Sequence record: SRR31156797_5248
DNA length: 62,201 nt
Reading direction: 5' to 3' (one strand)
Shown here one piece after another: positions 45,581 through 55,225 of this stretch. Position 1 is the first letter of the stretch; each line of letters begins with the position of its first letter. A program made the position numbers and the translations under genes. The notes below the pieces were generated by a model. The model worked only from the letters and a program-made list of their open reading frames with translations, was not told the DNA's origin and ran no database searches.

Positions 45581-45628
45581 CAAAAATACGCAGTTCTGAA
45601 GATTAAATAAACCTCAAAACTGCGTATT
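45581..45628 (-). terminator. Terminator-like hairpin directly upstream of the receptor array
   Basis: Minus strand AATACGCAGTTTTGAGG-TTTATTTAAT-CTTCAGAACTGCGTATT followed by TTTG. Confidence 0.7.
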
Positions 45629-45715
45629 CTATATTCTTTGAATCGAAACACCCGGACAATTTTTATTCACCCGAGCTAATTTCATTACCGAATAAAAACT
45701 GAACTGTGTTCCCAT
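45629..45715 (-). CDS. Putative 28-aa small ORF / leader peptide MGTQFSFYSVMKLARVNKNCPGVSIQRI
   Basis: ATG at 45715 after A-rich CACAAAAT; TAG at 45631-45629 abuts the hairpin; -7-like TGTCTTTG upstream. Confidence 0.35.
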   Translation of the reverse strand: MGTQFSFYSVMKLARVNKNCPGVSIQRI

Positions 45716-45796
45716 ATTTTGTGATTTTCAGTTAAAATTTATTTCATTCAAAGACATATCTAAACGTTTCTAAACTTAATAAAATCAATCAAAAGC

Positions 45797-46786
45797 TCAA
45801 AATTTTTTAAAGCCTATAATTTCTCTTACTTCTTTTACTGTTTTTTGAGCACTTTCCCTGGCCTTTTCAGCTCCCATTTTTGCAACTTTCTGCAAATAAT
45901 CTGAATCATTTGCCAGTTCCTGAATACGCTCATATATAGGTTCCACAAATTTTATAATATCAGCCGCTATTTGTTTTTTAAGATCTCCATATCTAATGGT
46001 GCATTTGGCATACTCTTCTTTGAAAAATTGTAATGCAGATGGTTCTGAAACCACTTCCATGATTGTAAACAAATTCTGAATTGGCTCTGAAACAGGAGAA
46101 TTAGGTTCAGTTGGACCTGAATCAGTTACCGCACGCATTACCTTTTTCTGTATTTGCTTTGGGGTATCAGCCAGATAAATACCATTACCTTCAGATTTAC
46201 CCATTTTTCCTGAACCATCAAGTCCTGGAATTTTAATTAGCTCATCACCAAAATTAAATGGCTCAGGAGCTTTGAAATATTCCGTTTTATACATCCCGTT
46301 AAAACGACGTGCATATTTACGACACATTTCAAGATGTTGCTCCTGATCTTTCCCTACAGGCACTTTCGTGGCATGGTGAATTAAAATATCAGCTGCCATA
46401 AGCACAGGGTAAGTCAATAAACCTGCATTAACATTATTAGGATTTTTTCTTACTTTTTCTTTAAAACTAGCAGTTCTCTCCAACTCCCCGATATAAGCAT
46501 TCATACTAAGTAATAAATTCAGCTCTGCTATTTCAGGCACATCACTTTGTACAAATAGGGTAGCTTTTTCAGGATCAAGCCCTGCCGCCAAATATTCAAC
46601 TAATACTTGTCTAACGTTACTGTGTAAATCTTGTGGATTAGGGTGCGTTGTCAAAGAATGGTAATCTGCAATAAAGAAAAAACAATCATGATTTTCCTGC
46701 ATTTTCACAAAATTGCGTATCGCTCCAAAATAGTTCCCAAGGTGCAAATTACCTGTTGACCTTATTCCACTAACAACTCTTTCCAT
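45797..46786 (-). CDS. trpS: Tryptophan--tRNA ligase
   Basis: SGIRSTGNLHLGNY (HIGH-like), YPVLMAADIL, VPVGKDQEQH, KMGKS; -7 TACATTTG at 46817-46824. Confidence 0.98.
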   Translation of the reverse strand: MERVVSGIRSTGNLHLGNYFGAIRNFVKMQENHDCFFFIADYHSLTTHPNPQDLHSNVRQVLVEYLAAGLDPEKATLFVQSDVPEIAELNLLLSMNAYIGELERTASFKEKVRKNPNNVNAGLLTYPVLMAADILIHHATKVPVGKDQEQHLEMCRKYARRFNGMYKTEYFKAPEPFNFGDELIKIPGLDGSGKMGKSEGNGIYLADTPKQIQKKVMRAVTDSGPTEPNSPVSEPIQNLFTIMEVVSEPSALQFFKEEYAKCTIRYGDLKKQIAADIIKFVEPIYERIQELANDSDYLQKVAKMGAEKARESAQKTVKEVREIIGFKKF

Positions 46787-46890
46787 ATCAAATAATTTCG
46801 CTTTTAATCAATCAGACAAATGTACGAAAATATTTGCATCAGACGATTGCCTGAAAACTCATTTTGGGTCAAGATAATACTAGAAAATCA

Positions 46891-48231
46891 CTATTGTTCG
46901 TTATTATCAGAGAACTCCTCGATAATACCACCGGTTGAACGCATTATTTCAGTATAGGTATCCATTAAATCATAGATAGATTGCAATCTTGATAATGCCG
47001 CATTTAGGTAAGCTAATTGAACTTCTCTTAAGTTAATAGAGTTAATTGTACCTAACCTATATCTATCTTGTGCTAAGTCAAAATTCATTTTAGTCAAAAC
47101 CACATTCTCCACAGCTACATCGTACAATTGCTTACGCACATAATACAAATCAAAGGTTGATACTAGTTGCATCTTTATCTGCTTTTCAAGCTCACTGGTC
47201 TCTAATTGTGTTTGCTCTAATTCGATACGCGCATTTTGAATGGACCGTTTGACATTTCCACCATTGAATAAATTAAAACTCAAAGTAAAGTTCCCATAAA
47301 GATTTAATGGGTCAATAGTACTTCTTGCGCCATTGTCTACTTTTGTGGAAGATAAAGTATAACTAGAACCTGCATTTAGAGAAAAAGTAGGATAAAGCTT
47401 ACTTTTGCTTTGTTCTAAATCATATTGAATCAACTGCTGGTTAATGTATTGATTTTTGAGAGTTTGGCTGTTGTTTTCTAATTTGGCAAACAATTCATCA
47501 AGCTTAAAAGTATTGTCAATCGGCTTGAAACTATCTGTAAGTGTATATTGCACACTATGCTCTTCACCCATAATCAAATTAAGATTACGCATTGCATTTC
47601 GGTAGTTAATACCTTGTAGTATAAATGATGATGAATCCTCCAAATATGCCGTTTGGGCTTGTTGCAAATCAAAAGTAGTCCCACTACCCGTACTTTTTCG
47701 TGTTTGCTCATAGCTATATTGATCAAAAGACAACCTCATGACTTCTCTCGTTAATTCTAATCTTTCTTTTTCTAGAAGTGCTTTTTGATAAGCTAAAATG
47801 ACTGCTTGTAAGGTATTTTCGACTACCACTGCCATCATTCCTTCAGAAAGATTGACCAATTCAGCCAAACGCTGTCGGTTAATCTTAACAGAAAAACCAC
47901 CAAAAAGTAACCAATTTAGGTTAACAGAAGGAATAATGCTATTAGAAATAGTTGATGAACTTGCCGGTTTTGTTTGTTCTGTTAAACTGTTGTTTTGATT
48001 AGCCGACAAAGTAATTGTTGGCCACATTCCTGCAGCTCCTGGATTATTGTTGTTTTCAGCAATTTCAAGGCTTTTTGCTGCAATTTGTATTTGGTAATTA
48101 TTCTCCAGGGTTTTGTTTATAGCCCCATAAAAAGAAAGTGGCTCCTGACCAAGGGCTGGCCCGGAACCACCAATCCAAATGAAAACAGCTATGAGACTGT
48201 AAATATAAAAATATTTTTTTGAAACAACCAT
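46891..48231 (-). CDS. TolC-family outer membrane efflux protein
   Basis: LENNYQIQIA, LYPTFSL, FNLFNGG, RYRLGTINSINLREVQ; follows the RND permease. Confidence 0.9.
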   Translation of the reverse strand: MVVSKKYFYIYSLIAVFIWIGGSGPALGQEPLSFYGAINKTLENNYQIQIAAKSLEIAENNNNPGAAGMWPTITLSANQNNSLTEQTKPASSSTISNSIIPSVNLNWLLFGGFSVKINRQRLAELVNLSEGMMAVVVENTLQAVILAYQKALLEKERLELTREVMRLSFDQYSYEQTRKSTGSGTTFDLQQAQTAYLEDSSSFILQGINYRNAMRNLNLIMGEEHSVQYTLTDSFKPIDNTFKLDELFAKLENNSQTLKNQYINQQLIQYDLEQSKSKLYPTFSLNAGSSYTLSSTKVDNGARSTIDPLNLYGNFTLSFNLFNGGNVKRSIQNARIELEQTQLETSELEKQIKMQLVSTFDLYYVRKQLYDVAVENVVLTKMNFDLAQDRYRLGTINSINLREVQLAYLNAALSRLQSIYDLMDTYTEIMRSTGGIIEEFSDNNEQ

Positions 48232-48257
48232 ATTTTTTTTAAAGTTTTTTTACTTTT

Positions 48258-51200
48258 TTATTGAATTTTTTTCTTCTCATTTACTAAAACTATTTCAACT
48301 TCTTCAGGGGTAGGTAATTCTTTCCTATTGGAAGTCAGCCAGATAACCGCTCTTCTGAGATCATTCAAAACACCTAATAAAACAGGGAAAAATATTAAAA
48401 TAAATCCTGTTCCAACAAAAACTCCATATGCTAATGCCACAGCCATTGGAATTAAAAATTGCGCCTGAAATGAATTTTCCAGAATTAAAGGATATAATCC
48501 TATAGTAGTGGTTATAGTTGTAAGAACAATTGGCCTAAAACGAACCAATCCTGCTTTTGTAATTGCTTCTTTAACTTGCATGCCCTCCAGTAAGAACCGA
48601 TTATATTTGGCAAGAAATACGACCGCATCATTCACAATTACCCCCGAAACGGCTACCATACCCCAAACACTCAACATAGAAAGTGGAATGCCTTCAAGTC
48701 CATGTCCCCATGCAGCACCTAACCATGCCAACGGAATCATAAGCAATACGATAAAAGCTTGCTGCCAAGATTTAAAATGCAGCATTAAAATCAATACAAT
48801 TACCAGAAATGCAATAATATAATATTTTTGCACCTCTGCAACGGACTCTCTACTTCGTCTTTCCTGTCCTTGATATTCCACATCAACACCAGGGTAAGAT
48901 GCTTTCATCTCAGGAATAATATTCTTATTAATTCGCTCAATTATAGCAGGCACCGGTTCCAATGGATCTTTTGTATCCGCCTCAACTCTTATTTCTCTTT
49001 TACTATTGTACCTTTTTATGCTTACCGGACCACGATCAATTTTATAATCTGCCAATTCTGTCAAAGGATAATAGCCAGCAGGGGTTTTAATCTTCATATC
49101 CTCAAGTTGACCCAATCGCATACGATCTTCTTTTGGATAACGCACATATACACGCAACTCATCTTTTCCTTTCTGCAAGCGCTGTGCCTGGCCTCCAAAA
49201 AATGCTTGTCGTACTTGTGTTGCAATATAATTCTGAGTCAATCCTAAGAAATATGCTTTAGGTTTTAATTCTAATTGTACTTCTTGTTTACCCGGGCTAT
49301 TATTATCTGTAATATCTTTCAACTCTGAAAACTCTTTTAACCTGTTCTCCATAAAATCTTTGGCTGCAGCAAGTTCTTCAATGTTCTGCCCGAGCAATGA
49401 AATAGCAACTGGTTTTCCAAAACGACTATTTCCTCCTACGGCAAACTTTTGTGCTTCCGGAACCTCGCCAATTTTATCCCTAATCATATTTATAATCTGG
49501 AAAGAATTCACAGGGGCTCCTTCCATATCTCTCAAAATTACTCTGATATTACCTGAGTGACTTCCAACCTCTTGTCCATTAAATGCATTACCGACATTTA
49601 AAAACGTGTATGTAACAAATTCCTCATCATCATTATATTTTTCCTTTAGCTCCTCATTTACTTCCCAGGTTAAATCTTCAAATTTCTTTAAAAAACTTAC
49701 GGTTTGAGCCTCACCTTCACCTGGTTTAAATGCTAAATCGATATTGAAAAAGTCAAATGATACCGGGGGAAAGAATGTTACTTTAATAAAACCTCCTCTT
49801 ACAAGACCTACTGTAAAAAAGATTACGAAAATTGGAAGAAATACGAAAAACCAACGATAGCGAATCACAATCTTTAGTACTTTTCCATAAATGCGATCGC
49901 GCATAAAAAACACAAATCGATCAAAAGTTTTTCTTAATCGTTGTCCTGGACTTTTTCCATCAAGTGGCCTTAAAACCCTATGATTACCAAGGTGGGCTGG
50001 TAACACAAAAAATGCTTCAAATAACGAAACAATCAAACTGACTGCCACTACAAAAGCCATCTCAAACATGAAATCCAGACCTCCCTCGCGTACAAAAAAC
50101 AATGGTGAAAAAGCAACAACTGTTGTTGATATTGAAGTTAATACAGCAGGCAGCACCTCCATTGTACCATCTATTGCTGCTCGTTTAGGCGTTTTGCCTT
50201 CTTCAAAATGGGAATAAATATTTTCAGCAATAACAATTCCATCATCTACCAGAATACCAATCACCAGTATCATCCCAAATAAACTGATCATGTTAATCGT
50301 AATGCCGTACATTGCTGCAATAACAAACATTCCTAGAAAAGATGCAGGTATTCCCCATGCTACCCATAATGATAATCTAAAACTCAAGAAAAAAGCAAGG
50401 GTAAGCACAACTAACAGCAAACCAACACCACCATTTCTATACAATAGTTCTAACCTGCTATGCAGTACTGTAAGAAAATTGAATGTCTCTTTTAGGGTAA
50501 TGTGGTCATGCTGAGCATTAAAATCCTCTACATATTGATCAACATACTCCGTTATTTTATCCAAATCTTCTTCAGGAAGCTTTTGAATAGAGATAGATAC
50601 AGCTTGCTTTCTGTTCAATGTATATTCAATTGGGACGTCTTCAAATTTTGTCTTTACCTCGGCTACATCTCTAATTCTGATAAACTCTCCCGACTCACCC
50701 GCTCTCAGAATAATATCTCCAATTTCATTAGGATCAACCGAACGATTTCTGATTCGAACTAATATTTCTTCTTGAGGCGACTTAACCAATCCTGCAGCAA
50801 CATCCTGATTAGTAGAAGCAATAGCTACAACCAAATCATTCATTGTGAGGTTATACCGCATTAAATTTTCTTCACTAATCTCCACCGAGATTTCCAAACC
50901 TGGGTAACCAAAAATTCCCATCTGGGATATTATGCCACTGGAAAGAAAATCATCTTCTATCTGGTCTGCATATTTTTTAAGTGTAAGCACATCTGTTTCG
51001 CCGGATAAACTTAAAAACATAGCCTGCGATACAGAACGCTGTTTAAATACAATTGGTCGTTCTGCAGCTGAAGGGAAGGAACTAATTCCATCTACAGCAT
51101 TTTTAACCTCCATTAAGGTTTCATCGAGATCGTACTCTCCGGTTGTAGTGATTTGTACACGTGAAAAGTTTTCAGAAGATGTACTTGAAAATTCTTTAAT

Positions 51201-51431
51201 ACCTACAATTCCACGTATAGCTTGCTCAATACGGGTAGTTACTCCTTCCTCCATCTGCTGAGGGGAAGCACCCGGGTAAAATACTGAAATAGTAATTTCT
51301 CTTGAAGTTCTTTCGGGGAAGAAAGATTTTTTCATGCTTAAGTAGCCAACAGTTCCAGCCACAAGCAAGAAAACGATAAATATATTAGCGTAAAAAGGAT
51401 ATTGAACGAACTGTTTAATTATTCTGCGCAT
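48258..51431 (-). CDS. RND efflux transporter permease (AcrB/AcrD/AcrF family)
   Basis: 1057 aa; YPGASP, INMISLFGMILVIGILVDDGIV, RFRPIVLTT, PMAVALAYG. Confidence 0.95.
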   Translation of the reverse strand: MRRIIKQFVQYPFYANIFIVFLLVAGTVGYLSMKKSFFPERTSREITISVFYPGASPQQMEEGVTTRIEQAIRGIVGIKEFSSTSSENFSRVQITTTGEYDLDETLMEVKNAVDGISSFPSAAERPIVFKQRSVSQAMFLSLSGETDVLTLKKYADQIEDDFLSSGIISQMGIFGYPGLEISVEISEENLMRYNLTMNDLVVAIASTNQDVAAGLVKSPQEEILVRIRNRSVDPNEIGDIILRAGESGEFIRIRDVAEVKTKFEDVPIEYTLNRKQAVSISIQKLPEEDLDKITEYVDQYVEDFNAQHDHITLKETFNFLTVLHSRLELLYRNGGVGLLLVVLTLAFFLSFRLSLWVAWGIPASFLGMFVIAAMYGITINMISLFGMILVIGILVDDGIVIAENIYSHFEEGKTPKRAAIDGTMEVLPAVLTSISTTVVAFSPLFFVREGGLDFMFEMAFVVAVSLIVSLFEAFFVLPAHLGNHRVLRPLDGKSPGQRLRKTFDRFVFFMRDRIYGKVLKIVIRYRWFFVFLPIFVIFFTVGLVRGGFIKVTFFPPVSFDFFNIDLAFKPGEGEAQTVSFLKKFEDLTWEVNEELKEKYNDDEEFVTYTFLNVGNAFNGQEVGSHSGNIRVILRDMEGAPVNSFQIINMIRDKIGEVPEAQKFAVGGNSRFGKPVAISLLGQNIEELAAAKDFMENRLKEFSELKDITDNNSPGKQEVQLELKPKAYFLGLTQNYIATQVRQAFFGGQAQRLQKGKDELRVYVRYPKEDRMRLGQLEDMKIKTPAGYYPLTELADYKIDRGPVSIKRYNSKREIRVEADTKDPLEPVPAIIERINKNIIPEMKASYPGVDVEYQGQERRSRESVAEVQKYYIIAFLVIVLILMLHFKSWQQAFIVLLMIPLAWLGAAWGHGLEGIPLSMLSVWGMVAVSGVIVNDAVVFLAKYNRFLLEGMQVKEAITKAGLVRFRPIVLTTITTTIGLYPLILENSFQAQFLIPMAVALAYGVFVGTGFILIFFPVLLGVLNDLRRAVIWLTSNRKELPTPEEVEIVLVNEKKKIQ

Positions 51432-51443
51432 GGGTCCTGAAGT

Positions 51444-52577
51444 TTACTGCTTTTCTGATTCATATACTTCCACACTCATATTCTCATTGGCATTTATAAG
51501 CGCTTCTATTACTATTGTATCTCCTTCTGGCACCCCGCTAAAAAATAAAGATTTCTCCGTTATTTTATTTATATCTATTGTGCGCTTGGCAAGCTTACCC
51601 TCTTTTACTAAGAATACCTCATTATGGTTAAATACAGCACTTCGCAATATTTCCATTGAGTTTTTCACCTTGATGTCATCAAATATGCAATTGTAATAAT
51701 CACCCTCAAATGTCAATCCCTGAACAGATGGAATTCGCACATAAACAGGTATGGTTTGAGTTTGCATATCAATAAATTGCGCAATTCGAATGATTTTACC
51801 TTTCAATGTGTCTGTATAACCTGATTCAGCAATAACTTTTACATTTTGGCCAATCTTTAACCAACTAATATCATTTTTCTCAACAGGAACTTCAACCTCA
51901 TAATATCCGGTATTTATAATAGTACCTATTACAGATCCCGGATTTGCTACTGAACCTTCCTGCAGATTAACAGAGGTAAAGTTTCCTGTAAAGGGCGCTA
52001 CAATAACTTGTTTATTAACCCGCTCCTCGAAACTCTTTATCGAATAATAATTTCCAAGTATATTTCTAGATGATAAAAATATCTTTAATTGTTCATCTGT
52101 TATTTTAGGTAGCTCTGGTAGCGGCTCCTCTACTTTTATATTCACAAAAAAATTGTACCAGGTATCATAAGCGTTCTTATAATCCAGTTTTAAATCTGCT
52201 AGAGCATTAGCCAGAAGATTTAAAAAATTACTTTTTTGAGATTTTAAATTATAATCGTTTTCGGGATTAATGATTCTAACTAAAATCTGACCCTTTTTAA
52301 ATGCAGAGCCTTTTCTTAATGGCACATCGCCCTCTGCAATTCTTCCTTGCAATTCACTACTCACATTAACTTGTTCAGCAGACATTACGCGCCCCGATGC
52401 AACAATATTAGTCACATAATCTTTGTATTTAACCGGGGATGCTTCAACATATCTTTTGGGAGTAATGGGTTTCTCTTTTGGTTTCTCTTCTGCCATAGAA
52501 GCAAATATTTCCATTAAAAAGAAACCACCTGCAATCATTATTACTACTGCAGCTGCAATTTGGTAAAATTTCTTCAT
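51444..52577 (-). CDS. RND periplasmic adaptor (membrane fusion protein)
   Basis: N-terminal TM; lipoyl-like SSELQGRI...FKKGQIL; IVAPFTG. Confidence 0.9.
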   Translation of the reverse strand: MKKFYQIAAAVVIMIAGGFFLMEIFASMAEEKPKEKPITPKRYVEASPVKYKDYVTNIVASGRVMSAEQVNVSSELQGRIAEGDVPLRKGSAFKKGQILVRIINPENDYNLKSQKSNFLNLLANALADLKLDYKNAYDTWYNFFVNIKVEEPLPELPKITDEQLKIFLSSRNILGNYYSIKSFEERVNKQVIVAPFTGNFTSVNLQEGSVANPGSVIGTIINTGYYEVEVPVEKNDISWLKIGQNVKVIAESGYTDTLKGKIIRIAQFIDMQTQTIPVYVRIPSVQGLTFEGDYYNCIFDDIKVKNSMEILRSAVFNHNEVFLVKEGKLAKRTIDINKITEKSLFFSGVPEGDTIVIEALINANENMSVEVYESEKQ

Positions 52578-52608
52578 GCTAAATAATTCTCAAATTTTTC
52601 AAAACATT

Positions 52609-52636
52609 AAAAGGGTTTGCATCAGACTTAAACCCC
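52609..52636 (-). terminator. Weak terminator-like hairpin
   Basis: Minus strand GGGGTTT...AAACCCT followed by TTT, between the hypothetical gene and the MFP gene. Confidence 0.4.
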
Positions 52637-52652
52637 ATAAATTATAAAATGT

Positions 52653-53024
52653 TTATTGTTCCGGTTTGTAAATCTGCCTAAACAATACCTTCTCAGCTTC
52701 ACGTTGTATTATTAAAAAAGTAAGTACATCTCGATATGGCATATGTGGATCACTTTCACTAAACCGAACAATTTTCTTTTCACTAATATCAATACGATAA
52801 AGTAAATTCATAAGCTTCTCCATTCCTGTTTCCAACAACCTTTCTAAATGAGATTGCATTTGAGGAATAACCTCAGGATTTTCGATGTCAATTTCAAGCT
52901 CTAATTGCACAAAATCTTTTCGAATTTGCTCTAAAACTTTACGGTTAAACCCCGGATCAACCAGCTCGTTCTTTAGGTCTGCTAATGAGTTACTATTTTG
53001 AAGCCTCTTGAGTTGATTTTGCAT
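52653..53024 (-). CDS. Conserved hypothetical protein
   Basis: QIRKDF...LMNLLYRIDISE...IIQREAEKV motif pattern seen in small Bacteroidota proteins. Confidence 0.7.
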   Translation of the reverse strand: MQNQLKRLQNSNSLADLKNELVDPGFNRKVLEQIRKDFVQLELEIDIENPEVIPQMQSHLERLLETGMEKLMNLLYRIDISEKKIVRFSESDPHMPYRDVLTFLIIQREAEKVLFRQIYKPEQ

Positions 53025-54015
53025 TTTCTATTTCTTCAGGAAACTTTAACATATATCCAATTGCTTCTAACCACCTTACATGTTTGCGTTTATCTCCACT
53101 TGGGTTATACACATAACCATCAAAGGTAACAACTCTGTTTCGTTTTTCATCTAATCTTGTAATATTAATAAATGGGCCTCCCATATAATCATTTACAACA
53201 GTCCACAAACCTCTAATTTCAGTATAGTATTTATCCTCAACCATCAATTCCGTAAATTGCGGGGGGATGTAATTATACTCTGTTGTCATATAAGTTTCCC
53301 TTGTTTTGCTTAATGGTCCTTCCACATATAATTTGAGTAGAGAATCTCTTTTATGTAATAAATAGTTCTTGGTGAAAGTACTATCATCAGTATATGGATA
53401 ATAATAAATAAACACGCCTGAACTTAATTGATTTGTCTCGAATGAAAGCCATACAAAATTATTAGTATCCAACCTAACATTATAACCATCAGGGAAAATA
53501 GCATTTAATTCATGATTCTTTTCAAAATAATTTGTCAACGATTTTTTCTTTCCAATATCTATTTTATAACTAGCATATTGCTTTTCGTTATAATTAAGAA
53601 GATCAATTAATCTTTGCTGATTTTTTATAATAAGTTTAGCAAATTCATCCTCAGATGGAGCCTTAAAATGAAACACTACCTGCATTCCTTTTCTTTTCAC
53701 AGTTACATCTGCCTTTGACACACTACTTGATATAGTTACTTTTACGATATTTCTAAAAGCTTTAAAAGTATTTGAAAAAGCAGTCCATGGAATTACATAG
53801 AGTTTGAACATTGGCTCATATTGGGGTAACCCATAAACTGGTGCGCGCAGCACACTGTCAATATAGTCTCCTGCTTTTGTTTCTTGAAATTTCTTATCAA
53901 GCACAACTACAACTTCACCTTCACCACCTCCGCCATAGGCTGTGCTCATGGTATCTGTACAGGATGTATAAATACCAAAACTTAAAACTACCAATACCAA
54001 AAATAAATGTCTCAT
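52993..54015 (-). CDS. DUF4837 family lipoprotein
   Basis: Lipobox YTSC; GLPQYEPMF, RDSLLK..VEGP, EIRGLW...MGGPF, DGYVYNP..KR. Confidence 0.85.
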   Translation of the reverse strand: MRHLFLVLVVLSFGIYTSCTDTMSTAYGGGGEGEVVVVLDKKFQETKAGDYIDSVLRAPVYGLPQYEPMFKLYVIPWTAFSNTFKAFRNIVKVTISSSVSKADVTVKRKGMQVVFHFKAPSEDEFAKLIIKNQQRLIDLLNYNEKQYASYKIDIGKKKSLTNYFEKNHELNAIFPDGYNVRLDTNNFVWLSFETNQLSSGVFIYYYPYTDDSTFTKNYLLHKRDSLLKLYVEGPLSKTRETYMTTEYNYIPPQFTELMVEDKYYTEIRGLWTVVNDYMGGPFINITRLDEKRNRVVTFDGYVYNPSGDKRKHVRWLEAIGYMLKFPEEIENAKSTQEASK

Positions 54016-54272
54016 AGTTATATTTTTTACTGTTAACATAAATAGTCGTTTATAAATTGTAACAAATTCATAATCATAACGTTTTTAGTCACGAAGTATT
54101 TTACGCAAATGATTAAGCTATAAAGTTAAGTAAATTAATTATTAAGCATACAATTAAATACTTTTTGGATGAAAATGAATAAAAAAAAGCAAAGCAGGTA
54201 CAATATCCATGGTATTTAAAGAGAATATAATTGATATCCTTAATGCAGAGTGGTTTTTAAGAAGTGAAATAT

Positions 54273-54280
54273 TATCTTTG
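54273..54280 (+). promoter_or_regulatory. -7 promoter element of the M23-dxr-rseP operon
   Basis: TATCTTTG, 44 nt upstream of the ATG at 54325. Confidence 0.6.
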
Positions 54281-54324
54281 CAGGATATTGTTTTCTGAAA
54301 AAGCGCAATTAATAATTCCGTTTC

Positions 54325-55188
54325 ATGGCAAAAAAGAAGAAAAAAGTAATCTCAAGATTACGGAGAAGATACAGGTTGGTTATTATGAATGACCAAACTT
54401 TTGAAGAAAGATGGTCATATCGTCTTACCGGATTAAATGTTGTAACTGCATTTAGTGCTTTGGCTATGGTATTGATATTTATTGGAATTATGTTGATCTC
54501 CTTCACTCCATTAAAACAATTGCTTCCCGAATATCCTGATGCTGAATTTCATCAGCAAATGCTTAACAATGCTGTTCGTCTGGATAGTGTTGAACGAGAA
54601 ATTGCACTAAGAGATCAATATATTAGAAATTTGAAACATATATTAATGGGTGATACAAGAACAAGAGTTGAAGATGTTCCTGACACCCAGGAATTATATT
54701 CCAATCTTAATGTAAAACCATCAAAAGAAGATTCATTACTGCGACGCAGGGTTGAATTGGAACAACAAGCAAGTATTTTGGGGAAAAAGATGAATCAAAA
54801 AAGCGACAATATTCGTGAGATGCATTTTTACCCCCCTGTAAAAGGTCTAATTAGCAATAAATTTAACTTCTCAGAGGGTCATTATGGCATCGACCTTGTA
54901 ACTGAAAAATCATCTGCAGTTCATGCAACATTGAGTGGTACAGTTATTTCAAGCTCATGGTCGCTAGAAACAGGTTATACTTTGCAAATTCAACATTCAA
55001 ATAACCTGATTTCTGTATACAAACACAATGAATCGTTACTTAAAGAGCAGGGTGATCTGGTTTCCACCGGCGAACCTATTGCATTTGTCGGTAACACAGG
55101 CGAATTTAGTACAGGACCACATTTACACTTCGAATTATGGCACAATGGATTACCTGTTAATCCAGAAATTTTCATAAAATTTGAATAG
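54325..55188 (+). CDS. M23 family metallopeptidase
   Basis: HYGIDL, YKHN, GNTGEFSTGPHLHFELW; N-terminal TM; usual Bacteroidota position before dxr. Confidence 0.93.
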   Translation: MAKKKKKVISRLRRRYRLVIMNDQTFEERWSYRLTGLNVVTAFSALAMVLIFIGIMLISFTPLKQLLPEYPDAEFHQQMLNNAVRLDSVEREIALRDQYIRNLKHILMGDTRTRVEDVPDTQELYSNLNVKPSKEDSLLRRRVELEQQASILGKKMNQKSDNIREMHFYPPVKGLISNKFNFSEGHYGIDLVTEKSSAVHATLSGTVISSSWSLETGYTLQIQHSNNLISVYKHNESLLKEQGDLVSTGEPIAFVGNTGEFSTGPHLHFELWHNGLPVNPEIFIKFE

Positions 55189-55225
55189 CCTCATAAGTCA
55201 CAACAAAGCTAAAAACCAGTAATAG

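Noticed and set aside
46891-52577. RND pump as part of the receptor-array system
   Set aside because: It is separated by trpS, which has its own promoter element; it is an ordinary tripartite efflux operon with no evidence of linkage
54040-54270. AT-rich intergenic regions (also 57707-57969) as ncRNA, CRISPR or origin
   Set aside because: No repeat-spacer pattern, tRNA cloverleaf, stable GC stem or clear DnaA-box cluster seen; consistent with promoter DNA
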